From assembly GCA_002104905.1 (NCBI GenBank), contig MCFE01000192.1:62001-126000 (forward strand): a DNA stretch of 64,000 nucleotides, read 5' to 3'. The translations under genes were made by a program, and so were the position numbers. Positions within the stretch are counted from its first letter, which is position 1. Every line of letters begins with the position of its first letter. The notes below the pieces were generated by a model. That model was not told the origin of the DNA and made no database searches. It saw only the letters and a program-made list of their open reading frames with translations. Origin of the DNA: Basidiobolus meristosporus CBS 931.73. Its lineage: Eukaryota; Fungi; Basidiobolomycota. Positions 21,916 to 33,299 of the stretch are shown piece after piece.

Positions 21916-23387
21916 ATGCCTGAGAAAAAAAGTTCGGGTGTTCATGACGTTACTACTCGTGATTCCCGAGATATTTCGTTTACTCCCTACATCTGGCTGT
22001 GCGGGGTGACGGCCGCCCTGGCATCCTTCACGGCCGGCTATAATAGCGCGGCCCCAAACACTCCGGAATCAGTGATCAGAAATTGCCAATCCGAAGGTAG
22101 CGGAGGTGGACTTCCGCCGTGCATCTCCATGAGCTCGGGTACCTGGTAATACTGTTGCGCGGCTGGCTATTTCGAATGGATACTAATCAGTCAACCGTTG
22201 GTAGGGGGCTTGCAGTTGGGATTCTTGCGATAGGTGGTCTGGTAGGAGGATTGTGTGCTGGAACGGCTGCCGACCGACTTGGACGGCGATTGACTTTGCT
22301 CTTGAACAACTTCTTTTATATTGTGGGCGCTGTACTGGTGGCCACCGCCACCACCACTGCCCAGTTTGTGGTTGGTAGAATCATCGTTGGTATCGGTTGT
22401 GGTATAGGCTCCGTCGTGGCTCCCCTGTATGTCGCCGAAATTGCGACGGATGGTTCTCGCGGAGTGCTTGGAACGATGTATCAGCTGTTCATGGTCATCG
22501 GGATCTTGGTTGCCGACTGTATCGGTCTCGGCCTTTCCAATATCCCAGGGTGGAGGTATCTCTTCGGCATCGCTATCTTCCCACCGATTCTACAGATCAT
22601 CCTACTATCGATGTGTACTGAGACGCCAAGCTACCTACTCTCTAAGCACAAGCCAGATGAGGCTAGAATGGCCCTACAGAAGTTGCGAAGAGGCTGTGTG
22701 ATAGATGAGGAGTTTCAGCAGCTTCAATTGGCGATGGGTAGAGAAGATCAAAGCGAATCCGAGAATCTCAACCTGTTGCAGGTGATTAAGAACTCCCATC
22801 TCCGAGGGCTGTTTGTCATCGCGTTGCTGATGCATGCGTATCAACAGTTATCCGGCATCAACAGTGTGATCTACTACTCAACCTCGATCTTCAACGACAT
22901 TTTCGGGGTCAGCAATTCCCAATACGTCACCGTTGGCGTCGCGGGGATCAACCTGGTCATGACTCTGGTGTCGGTGGCCCTGATCGATCGTGCTGGTAGA
23001 AAGCCACTGTTGTACTCGAGCGGGGTTGGCATGTGTATCTGCTCAGTGCTGATTGTGCTCGCCTCGGTGCTTCATATCGATGTGCTCATGGTCATTGCCG
23101 TCATGCTATTTGTAGCTTCGTTCGCCGTGGGTCTTGGGCCTATCCCGTGGATGTTAGTCCCCGAGTTGGTCCCCACATACGCGGTCGCTGCCACCAGCTC
23201 CACCGCGACTGCAGTAAATTGGCTCTTCAACTTCGTCATTGGACAAGTCTTTCCACCGATGAAGGATGGCCTAAAGAATTACTCTTTTCTGCCGTTCGCG
23301 GTGATATGTATTTGCGGCACCTTGTTCGTGATGTTCTTTGTCCCCGAAACCAAAGGTCGGAAGGCATCCGGTGCCCCAGGACAGTAG
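21916..23387 (+). CDS. Divergent GLUT-like sugar porter, copy 8; join(21916..22145,22205..23387), 470 aa
   Basis: Two ORFs overlapping in different frames are joined by a GT-AG intron that restores SSGTW-GLAVG; the spliced length of 1413 nt is in frame. Confidence 0.92.
22146..22204 (+). other. 59-nt spliceosomal intron
   Basis: GTAATA donor, TACTAAT branch point at about 22181, TAG acceptor; phase 2 within the Trp codon. Confidence 0.88.
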
Positions 23388-23424
23388 GCTGACTCTAAAG
23401 CGATTTGTAGTGGCATCTCATACC

Positions 23425-23433
23425 TGTAATAAA
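23425..23433 (+). terminator. Putative polyadenylation signal, copy 8
   Basis: TGTAATAAA 38 nt after the stop codon. Confidence 0.45.
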
Positions 23434-23561
23434 GTCGCATCTGTTTCATTCCATATGGAAATTGCGTTTGTATCCCGAATAATACCCATCGACAAGTACT
23501 TAACCAAGGGGATAAGCTACTATCCCTCTACCTATACATAAGATTGCTTACTCAGTAGATT

Positions 23562-23700
23562 GGGAGTGTTGGTATTTTTGTACTCATACCCAAATATTAC
23601 ATAAACTTGGTCACTTAGATCATAACCTCTACTATTTCCTGGCCATGTCCTTGATAGGAAACTCGATGGTGTTTTGGCTACTCTTACTGCATGATGCCAA
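23562..23700 (+). repeat. Remnant PPT plus LTR start of copia family A
   Basis: gggag|TGTTggtatttttgtac...cttggtcacttagatcat resembles gagtgggag|TGTTgtaaaaatttgt...cttagtcacttagatcat at 47872-47938. Confidence 0.6.
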
Positions 23701-23754
23701 AATCCCAAAATGCAATGACACAACAGCTGTGGAAAAAAATGGGGTGGATACTCT

Positions 23755-24265
23755 CCCTATGCAAAATAAATGTGATGATCCTTTGAAAAGGCTGTCACAA
23801 AATTGAAATCCTATGGCCAAGAGGCATTGGTCCATCAGGATACTGTGCAAAGAATGTAAAAAAAATTGCACCCCAAATCTAACTTGGCTAAAAGTATTTG
23901 TCACAACAATACATAAGGGGCTTTTAATTGGATCTCTGCCAATTCTCTCACTTTCTTACCCTGGAACCTCATTCATATCCTACATATATGTGCATTGATT
24001 GGCTATTACCTCCTTGTTATACATCTAACTTCCTGACTCAACTAAAGCTCTTACTTTTCACGGGTACAAATTGGTTTATTTCCATTCAATCTTTAGTTGC
24101 AACTTCAGTTGTACCTCAATTGCCAATTGTATTGACCTATACAAGTCCCTGTACCCAAAACCAAAATTAAGCCCAACCCCACACTGAACAAGTAGCTCCA
24201 TTAAAATTCATAATTCAATAAGTATCACTACTGGAACACCCTTTTTCCATGACTTTGGCAGGAAC
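23755..24265. mobile_element. CACTA-like element fragment (ORF1-side terminus)
   Basis: Starts ccctatgcaaaa and aligns with 25060-25570. Confidence 0.7.
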
Positions 24266-24268
24266 TCT

Positions 24269-25059
24269 TGCTATGAGAAAAAATTTGGTCCTGCAAGTGG
24301 ATCTAGTCCAGATCAGCCATCAGAATCATGCAGTGAGTTTGTCAGAATACTGGCAGCTTGGAATTATTTACCCTCAACACAATCTTATGATGGGATTGCA
24401 ACAGCATTTTGCTGATTTTACTGCCAAATAAAGTAAAAAACATGTTGGTGTTTAAGCAATCTTTTGGCAAGAATTGCATGGCATTCCAATGGTTTTAGTG
24501 AGCTCTTCATCTATTTCAGTGGACCTAGCCAGCCAATGCATCCAATTGCCTTATATGGCAAGAAAGTTGACAGTGTACCAATTTACCAAATGGCATTTTC
24601 TTTTTCTACCTCCCCTTGCGCCATTTATATATTCCACTGTAGAATTACCTCTCTTTATTTGCTTACTCACTAGCACCTTGGGTATTCCACATATAGTTTG
24701 AATCAAAAAAACTGTAGCCTCTTGCTTACTAACCTTTACCTATGCACGCACCCACTGCAATTGATGCACTTCTATCACCCTAACATTACAGCTTTTTAGC
24801 ATGATACTTGCAAAGTTGCCATACACCTTGTATTGCTGGTAATATAGACATCTTGCAAACATATGCTTGATTGCCACCACTATTCCTATGAATATCTCCT
24901 GAATATCTGTAAAGAACTTCCTGGTACTTAGCCAATATACTCCTTTACCCTGCTAGATTCTAGTCCCCCTTCTAGGTGCACTCTGGCTCTTGTGTTTGTG
25001 AATTCCATACTGAATGGTGTAGAAATTGGCTTGTGACCAGTAGAAACCTAGCATACTTT
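24269..25059 (-). mobile_element. Older CACTA-like copy (transposase 3' end and terminus); continues at 30069-30140
   Basis: Degenerate TIR (ctatgagaaaa) and similarity to 36193-37130; split by the 25060-30068 insertion. Confidence 0.75.
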
Positions 25060-25433
25060 CCCTATGAAAAACTATTGTGAGGATCCCATCAAAAGGCTAT
25101 CACAAATTTAAAGTCCTGTAACTAAAAGATATTGATCTTATCAGGACATCATGCAAAGACCATCAAAAAATAATTGCCCCCAGATTTCACACAAAACTTA
25201 GTCCAGATTTTTCATCACAACAATACAAAAGTGGCTTTTGATAGGTTCTCTGCCAATTGTCCTACTTTCTGATCCCAGACACTCCATTACCTGCTATGTT
25301 TGTGTGCATTATTTGGCTATTGCCTCTTCTTCACACTCCTTACTTCCTGACTCAACTGTTTCTCTTACCTTTCATGCATAACATTGTTTTATTTCTGTTG
25401 ATACTTCAGTTGTACCTCAATTGCCAATTGTAT

Positions 25434-27393
25434 TCACCTATACATGTCTCTATACCCTTCACTAACATGAAGCTCAACCCCACACTTGTCAAGTAGCTCC
25501 ATTAAAATCCACCACCAAATAAGTAGTTCTGCTGTAACACTCTGTTTCCATTGATTTGGCAGCAACCCTATGGCTTTATGCCACTGTTCATTCACTGATT
25601 CCCATCTGTCCTGGACTTTACCCAGCACTGTAAGGTCTAGCACCTCATCAGCTAGTCTTTGCAATAAATCCTTGCAATATTTATGTGCATTTTCTGAAGC
25701 ACTACTCTTGAATGAGTGCTGCAACCTCTTGGTGTGCCTATAATGTTCCAAAATTTCACTGAAGGCATTGTGATAGCCTCTTGAGTTCTTGACATTGTTA
25801 CTTTGTCTGTTGGTGGGATCTCTACTCTGTAAACAATGGAGGACATGGAGGCTGTGGTATACAAAGTGCCTTTCTCTGCAAACACAACTACCTCAATGGA
25901 GTGTAGCTCAACTGGCTGCACTTCCAACTCTTGTGAACACAACTGTTTTCTTGCTGGTAATTCTTCTTGGCTATGGTGGCATTCAGTCTGCTTTTCTCTT
26001 ATGCTTCCCTGTCTCTGGCTTGGGTAGACTTTTCTCTCATTACCTTATCCTTCATCACTTCAAGGTCTTTCACTGCTACTTTAACTGAGTGCTTCATGTA
26101 TTGGACTACATTTTCTCCTTGATAAATGCTGCTCTTATGCATTTGTCTTGGCCTGTTTGTCCTTTGCTGGCACTCTGCAGGCAACCTGGCACTTCTTTCC
26201 TGCTGGTCTTGAGCTCTCAGCCCATGCTGTAACAGGCTCCTAAGGTAACCACAGATTTTATCATTACCAGGTCCTTCACTGCTACTTTGACTGAGTGCTT
26301 CTTGAGTGGAACTTCACCTTTTCCTTGCAAATAATGTGCTGGTGCATCTGTGTCTGCCTGCTTTCCCCTTATTGGCATGCTGCCAGCTACCGGATGTCAC
26401 TTTGACACTTGTTTGGGGCTTTTGGCCCTGCTTGTAACCAGCTCTTGAGGAAGCCACTGGTTTTTAGCCATTGCACCCTTGTTCTTCTGCTGTTGACAGT
26501 TTCTGCTATTCTTGAGGTACTTTCTTAGCATACCATTGCTGGCCCAGAATCCATTGGCTTGTTTGAATCCAGGACAATGCACATGGAACAAGCCAAGCAC
26601 ATTCTGCCTGGCCTTTAGTTCCTGGTGGTCCTGTGATATGCCAGCCCAGGGGCCATGGTGTGCTGGACTTCTAACAGCCTCTTGAATATTAGCCTACTCT
26701 TCATCATTGCACTCAGCAGCATCACCAATCTTCAATATCATTTGATTTTTGGGCTTTGATATAAACACTACAACTTCTCCCTCCCATTCTGTGATAGGCT
26801 TTTCTGTGGGCATTATCTTTGGGCACTGTTGTCATGCTTCAAAGACTGTACTGTATTCCTCTACTGTTACATCAGGAAATGGCTTAATTCTCAGCTGTGA
26901 TATTGAGCTACTTGAGTTCCTTTGTTGCAGCAAACATACTGCTTTCTCTACCTGGGATTTTGCTTGCTCTACACCTACAACTGCTTATCCTATTTCTAGA
27001 CTATTTCCTGACTTCTCTGGGCCATTGCATCTATCCCATCAGTCACTGCCCTTAGCTGCCTCATCAATGCTTTGGTATGAGCTGACAACATACTTGCTAA
27101 TACAGGTTGTTGTGATATTATGACAGCCACCTGCCAGCATTATGGCCAGCTTGCTGCTCTGCAGAGATTCCCAATTGCCTACCAGACTGAGAGCCTGATG
27201 AATCCACATTATTACCTTCAGTAGGCACACTGTCCATAGGGCCTTTTTTGGCTGTAGCCCTGCTTGTTACACAGAATTTCAAAGTAAGCTTTTGTCCAAC
27301 CATTCTTCTGCTGCTGTCAGCAGTGGGGTTTGGTTGGGAACCAGACAACTTTGCTTTATTTTTTGGCTTCATATATAAGTGGAAGTGGGTCAA
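25434..27393 (-). pseudogene. Accessory ORF1 of the CACTA-like element (frameshifted)
   Basis: Fragments (MLGLFHVHCPGFKQANGFW; LADEVLDLTVLG..KAIGLLP) match the plus-strand copy at 40.4-42.2 kb. Confidence 0.7.
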
Positions 27394-27595
27394 ACCAAAA
27401 GGGAAATGGTGTTATATATATGTGTTTATGCGGTACCACAACCTTATTTGTAATGTTTACTATGGCAGGTCATTACTGAATTGCACATTCATGTAAGTGG
27501 AATGTCTCAAGTACAAGACTGTCTAAAATTTGCATGGGCACTGACAGAAAATGATATACTAGCATAACATTGTTGAGTGTCAAACTGTTAGCCCC

Positions 27596-29700
27596 ATGGA
27601 CAAGTTTACCTTGATTCAACACTGTAAGAGAAGAGAAAAAAGACCATGCTGCTATTGCGGCAAGCCTCTCAGCCATGTAGCACACAGATACTGGAGGAAG
27701 TATTACAAGGATAACTGCCAGTGTTTTGCTACACAAGTCATATTTAACCATTCACCAGTCACTACAGTGCCTACAATATCTTGCTGGCTATTTGCAACTT
27801 ACCATATACATGGTATAAACAGACAACTGTCATGTATCTAGCAACATATGACCTAAGGACTTTCCTGATACCAGCATGTTTTAACAGTAGCATGGTATTC
27901 ACATCAGGAAATGCCACCATTGCAAGGTATCCAACTTGTTAGGAATCCACCATTGGGGGAAAATATTGATCACACTACAAATATATCTGGGTAATACCCC
28001 ATCTAAAAAAGCTCATGCAGTCCAATAAATATTGCAAAGCTATAAATTACAGCACTCAGTATCAATCAGGCAAAAATATATCTGATATATTTGATGGCAA
28101 ACATTACAAACAGCTGAGTAGTAAGGACTACTTTGAAGGTATGTGTGACCATGCCTTTGCCTTAGCACTTGATGGACTCTCATTAAGCAAGTACTCTATC
28201 AGCAAATCCTGCTGGCTACTGATTTTCATCAACCTGAATCTGCCATCTATCTTACAGTATCAGAGCAGAAATCTGATAGTAATCTTACTGGTATCTGGGC
28301 CTAAATCACTGTCCAGCCTGGATAGTTACATGTATCCATTACTGGATGAATTTTGTATGCTTTCCAGCAGATGACAGTCAATGGCTGTCATGTCAAAGCA
28401 CATATTATTATCTGCATTGGTGATACCCCAGCTATCAGCAAGATAGCTGGCTTTTCTGGGCACAATGCATGGAATTATGGTCAAATATGTGAGAGCCAGG
28501 GGACTTTCTCCATAACCAACACACATTATTACTACCTAAACACCAAAACTAAGAACATCATTTTTCTGCATAGAGAATGTAGAGAAGTCAGCATGCATAC
28601 CAGAGAAATTGAAAGAATTGGCAACGTATTACAGAGTATCTGCTAACCTAGGTACTTCTCATATGCTTCAATCAACATGCTTACACACATGCAACAGTTC
28701 AAGTGCAAGGACTAGATGAACTGGAAATGTATTTGTTCAAGTGGCTTTCTGGGGCCATTGAGGCCAAGAGTACATTGGAAGCATTGGGAGTCATATGTGG
28801 ACATTGTAGGAATACTTATCCAGAAGCAGATTACTAGTGCCCACTTGACCCATCTACAGCTTTTGTGTAAGGAGTTTGTGACAGGATTTGAGAGGCTATA
28901 CTACAAATGTAAAGCTGAACATGTAGATCTCTACTGCTACTGTATCTATTCTCTACCCCATCTTGCTTGGTCTGAGGTGAATATTGGGCCTTGCTTCACC
29001 TTTTGGGAGTTTCCAATGGAGTGGATGTGTGGGGAGATAGGAAGACAAGTTGAGTTGCAAGTACTGCCTTATTCAATCTGATCAGAAATATTACCTTCAT
29101 GTCTGTCATAGATGTGATGAGTTGGTACATGGAGGGCAGCCAGGAAGAGTTAGAACATACTGGAATATGTGTGCACATGGAGACACATATGCCTATGGCA
29201 TTGAGAAGCTAGGCAGCCCCAATGCATGGGTAATCAGTTGAGTGATGCAAAGTTGGGTTGAACAAGAGCCAGAACACACTTATATGGGGGGCTAGAATCT
29301 AGCAGGGAGAAGGTATATATTGGCTAAGTACCAGAAAGTTCTTTGCAGATACTCAGGTGGCATTCATGGCAGAAATGGTGGCAACCAAGCATATGTGTGC
29401 GAGATGTGTATGTTACCAGCAATACAAGGTATACAGCAACTTTGCAAGTATCATGCCAAAAAGCTGTGAAGTTGAGGTGATAAAAGTATGTCAATTGCAG
29501 CAGGTGTAAGTGTTTGTAGAGAATAGTAAGCAGGAGGCCATAGCTTTTTTGATTCAAACTACATGTGGAACACCCAAGGTGGTAGTGGGGAAGCAAATAA
29601 AGAGGGGTGATTCTACAATGGAATGTATGAGTTGTGAAAGGGGAAGTAGAAAAAGGAAATACTATTTGGTAAATTGGTATGGTAGCATTATAGAGAACTA
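27596..29700 (+). pseudogene. Tnp2-type (CACTA/En-Spm) transposase, broken by stops and frameshifts
   Basis: Motifs SDIFDG, LALDG, INLNLP, SGPK..LDSY.YPL.DE, IGDTPAI, HWKHW, FERLYY, IYSLPHL, GPCFTFWEFPME.MCG. Family assignment is from motif recognition; no HMM was run. Confidence 0.8.
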
Positions 29701-30289
29701 GCTATTGACTGCAGCAATGCTGTTACAATACTACCAGAGGCTTGCAATGAAGCCAACAATACACAGTCATGTTTTCTGCCATATAGGGCAATTGAACTAG
29801 CTGGCTGGTTATATCCACTAAAATAGTTGTATAGGGCACTAAGACCATAACAATGCCATGCCACCTCTGCCAAAACACCACCTAAGCATCATAATGTTTT
29901 TAACCTTATTTGGTTGTAAAATTGGCCTAACACTTTTATGATACTGTCATAAGATTGTGTAGAGAGTTGTTAATTCCAAGATGCTGGTACTATTATGATC
30001 TCCTGATGGGATTGTGACAGCTGATCTGGATAAGATTCACCTGTGGGTCCAAATTATTTTTCATAGGGTTTAGTAAAGCTGTCCTAATAAAAGTTAGTTG
30101 CTTGTTGCACCCAACCCAACTTTGCTTTACTCAACTGATTAGCACTCATAACTGCCAGAATGATGTTTCTTCCTACTCCCCCCTCCTCATTCTGTATCTC
30201 TACCAGTTTCTTTGGATTCAGCCATTTTACCAATCAAAGTTGATTTCTTCAACCATTTACTACTATTGGTACCATTCCTGAGGACACAA

Positions 30290-32705
30290 TCTTCATTATT
30301 ATGAGGTTTCCACTTAATGATAAATTGAATGTAAAGTGATATTTATACTTTTACATAGTCTAGGCATAACAAACATGTTGAATAGATTTAGGAAGCTCTC
30401 AAGAATATGTGTGTAAGGTTTGGGGCTGTTTGGATGCTGACTAGTCCTAATTCTGTCTCTAGCTGATGGTATAGTAAATAAGTCTGCAATCATTTCATCT
30501 GAAGGACAGTAAACTAAGCTAACTAGGCTATTATCTATAGCTTCACATATGAAATGATGCCTAATATTTATGTGATTAGCTCTAGCATGAAAAGTTGGAT
30601 GTCTACCTAATTGTATATATCCCTGATTATCTTAAAATAAAGTATAAGGCATTTTTCAATGTAGGCCTAAAGCTGTGAAAGCTTTTTTGACCACATTGCT
30701 TCTTTTGTAGCTTTACAAGCTGACATATACTCTGCCTCTGTGGTAGAAAGTACTACAGTTGGTTGCTTTCTTGAATTCCATGTATTTACTCATTGACTGT
30801 GAAAAAGGTGTATCCTATGGTGAATCTTGTGTCTTCTAAATTTTGTCCCCAATCAGCATCATAGTATCTTACAAGATCCTGTTCTGAGTCCTTTTAAGTG
30901 TGTCTAAAGCAAATATCAGCAGTTCCTTTTAGATATCTAAAAGTCTGTTTAACTGCTGCAATATGATCAGATCCATAATTCTGATTATGCTGGCTGACAA
31001 CTCCTACTGAATATGCAATATTTGGATGTGTTCCATGTACTATATACATTAGACTACCAACCATGGACTAGGAGTAGTAGTCAGAACTTTGAGATAGCAC
31101 CAAACTCACTTGTCTATGGAGAACTTTGTCCCAAAGTTGTAATTGAGCACACCAATATTGGACATCATGAACTCCTTAAATAGACTGGGTTTAGTCTCCT
31201 CTAAGATTTCTAGGTTATTTGCAGCTATATTAAGATCATATACATGTAGATCTAATAGAACTGGACTTGCTCCATCTGCATTATAGTCAATGCTGTAGTC
31301 ATTTGTACTCCTTTGGAAACTCAACGATTCCAAATTGGAATCTATTTTGCAATTCCAGGCTCTTGGTGATTTTAAAGACCATAGAGAGATTTTGTAAGTA
31401 CACAAACCAAAGGGGGGTTACCTTGGTCAACAAGCCCATCAGCCTGGTCCATGCACATGTCCTCATCTAATTCCTCACTGTGAATGCAGTCTCTACACCC
31501 ATGTGGTGTAAAAAAACTTATACTTAGCTGCAATATCTAATGCTAGTCTGATGGATTCAAACTTGGCTACAAGTGCCAAGGTGTCAGATATAGTCAGGTC
31601 TTTTTGATTGAGAGTATCCTTTGGCCACAATTCTTGCTTTAACTCTTTGATAATACCATCAGCCTTGTATTTTGTCATTAGCACCCATCTGCATCATATT
31701 GACTTTTGGTTGATTGGTAACTTGAATTAGTCACAAGTTTGATTCTCCATAAGTCCTGCTACTCCCAAGTCAATACACATCTCCAAGACCTTGACTGAAA
31801 GCTATTTAGGGCCTCCTTTTCAGCTTGCAGATCATCAATATGGACTGAATAGGTATAGGCTAAGTTTGTATAACAATCATTGTCATCATCATGTGTCATT
31901 TTTGGTCAAAAATCTGTTTTGCATCAAACAGCACAAATCTGGACTTAGTCAGCTTCTTAGGTTCAGCATTGTAGAGCTTGTATAGCATACTCTTATTGCT
32001 GTAGCCCAACAATATGCATATTACACTTTTTGACTATAATTTTGACTGATTTCCAGGCAGTTTTCTTGCTTACAACATACACCCAGATATTCTCAGAGGT
32101 TCTGCAATTGATATGTGTCCATACCATGCCTCAACTGAAGTTAATTTGCAAAGTATTTGACTATAACATCAGGTATGCAGCTGATGCAACTGCTTGTGCC
32201 CAAATATCTGCTGTAAAAGTCTTGGAGATATTGGAGGTGATTTGGGAGCACAAGTAAATTATGTTGTTTTCACTTAATGATTTATTGAACGCAAGAGTAG
32301 TATTTATACTTTTGCATGGTCTTGGCATTGCAAACATGCTGAATAGGTTAAGAAAGGTCCCAAGAACATGTACACACAGTTTGGGGCTCTTTGGAAAACT
32401 TTGAGAACTTTTATGTTCTAGGTACCTGTTATTTTAGTGAAAAATATTCTAGGTAAATCCCAAAAAGGAATTTGGTCAGTATTCCCTAGGATTTGAAGGT
32501 AACAATCTAAGTGACTAGTTCAGGTGACTATATAGGTGGATTACAAATTTTTACAACAATATCATGGGACAATTTTGGATTATGGATCACCATTCATGCC
32601 ATATCAGTAGTTGATCTGTTTGCACATTCTGCCACTCCATTATGATGATATGTGTATGGTACAGTGGTCTCTTGCTTCATCCTAAGATTCTTGGATTCTA
32701 CAATG
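30290..32705 (-). mobile_element. Degraded copia family A element (partial 3' LTR, RNase H, RT, integrase)
   Basis: Reverse-complement similarity to 45.6-48.2 kb; ORF 31106-31405 (KSPRAWNCKIDS) is RT-like. Confidence 0.85.
32209..32558 (-). repeat. Solo LTR of copia family A, 350 bp
   Basis: TG...CA ends, homologous to 43700-44048, flanked by ATATC on both sides. Confidence 0.88.
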
Positions 32706-33139
32706 TGATATATAAATGGTACAATTGGCCATAGCAAAAGGAAATACCATTTGATGAATTTGCATGGTAGCATTATACACCACTAGCTGTAGTCTGCGGT
32801 ACTGTGGCTATAATGCAACAGATGTTGGTACTAAATCCATCAACATAGCACCATGTATTTTTCCATACATGGCATTTGAATGTATTGGCTGGTTGGGTCA
32901 GCTCAAATTAGTAAGGGCTGCAATAAGACCATCAGAATGTCATTGAAAACCTGTTGAAGAGCCACCTAAACACTGTGCACCTTACCTACCTATATAGCAA
33001 AAACACCATATAATCCCATCATATGATTGTAAAGAGGGTTAGCAATTCCAAGCTGCTGGCATTATAACAGCCTCATTGCAGGATCTCAGCAGCTGATCTG
33101 AATTGAATCCACCCACCAGAACAAGTTGTTCTCATAGGT
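32706..33139 (+). mobile_element. CACTA-like terminal fragment (transposase side)
   Basis: Aligns with 29630-30068 and ends in ctcatagg. Confidence 0.65.
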
Positions 33140-33299
33140 CTATAGAACCAAATGAGCAATACGTTTAGTAGTAGATAATGTCCTGTAATGCTAAAGAGGT
33201 GTCATGCTTCCAGACAATATCACCAACAGGGGCTTTGAGAGCTTGCTCCTACTTATTACTAAAGCTATTCAGGATGCAATAACCCACTTACATAATCCA

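Larger units (their letters stand above)
25060..30068 (+). mobile_element. Full-length decayed CACTA/En-Spm-like DNA transposon, 5009 bp
   Basis: Perfect 12-bp TIRs CCCTATGAAAAA / TTTTTCATAGGG, TTT on both sides (3-bp TSD), internal Tnp2-like transposase. Confidence 0.88.

Noticed and set aside
22119-22204. Separate 422-aa gene starting at 22119
   Set aside because: Explained by the intron. The nearer CAG acceptor at 22188-22190 would cause a frameshift.
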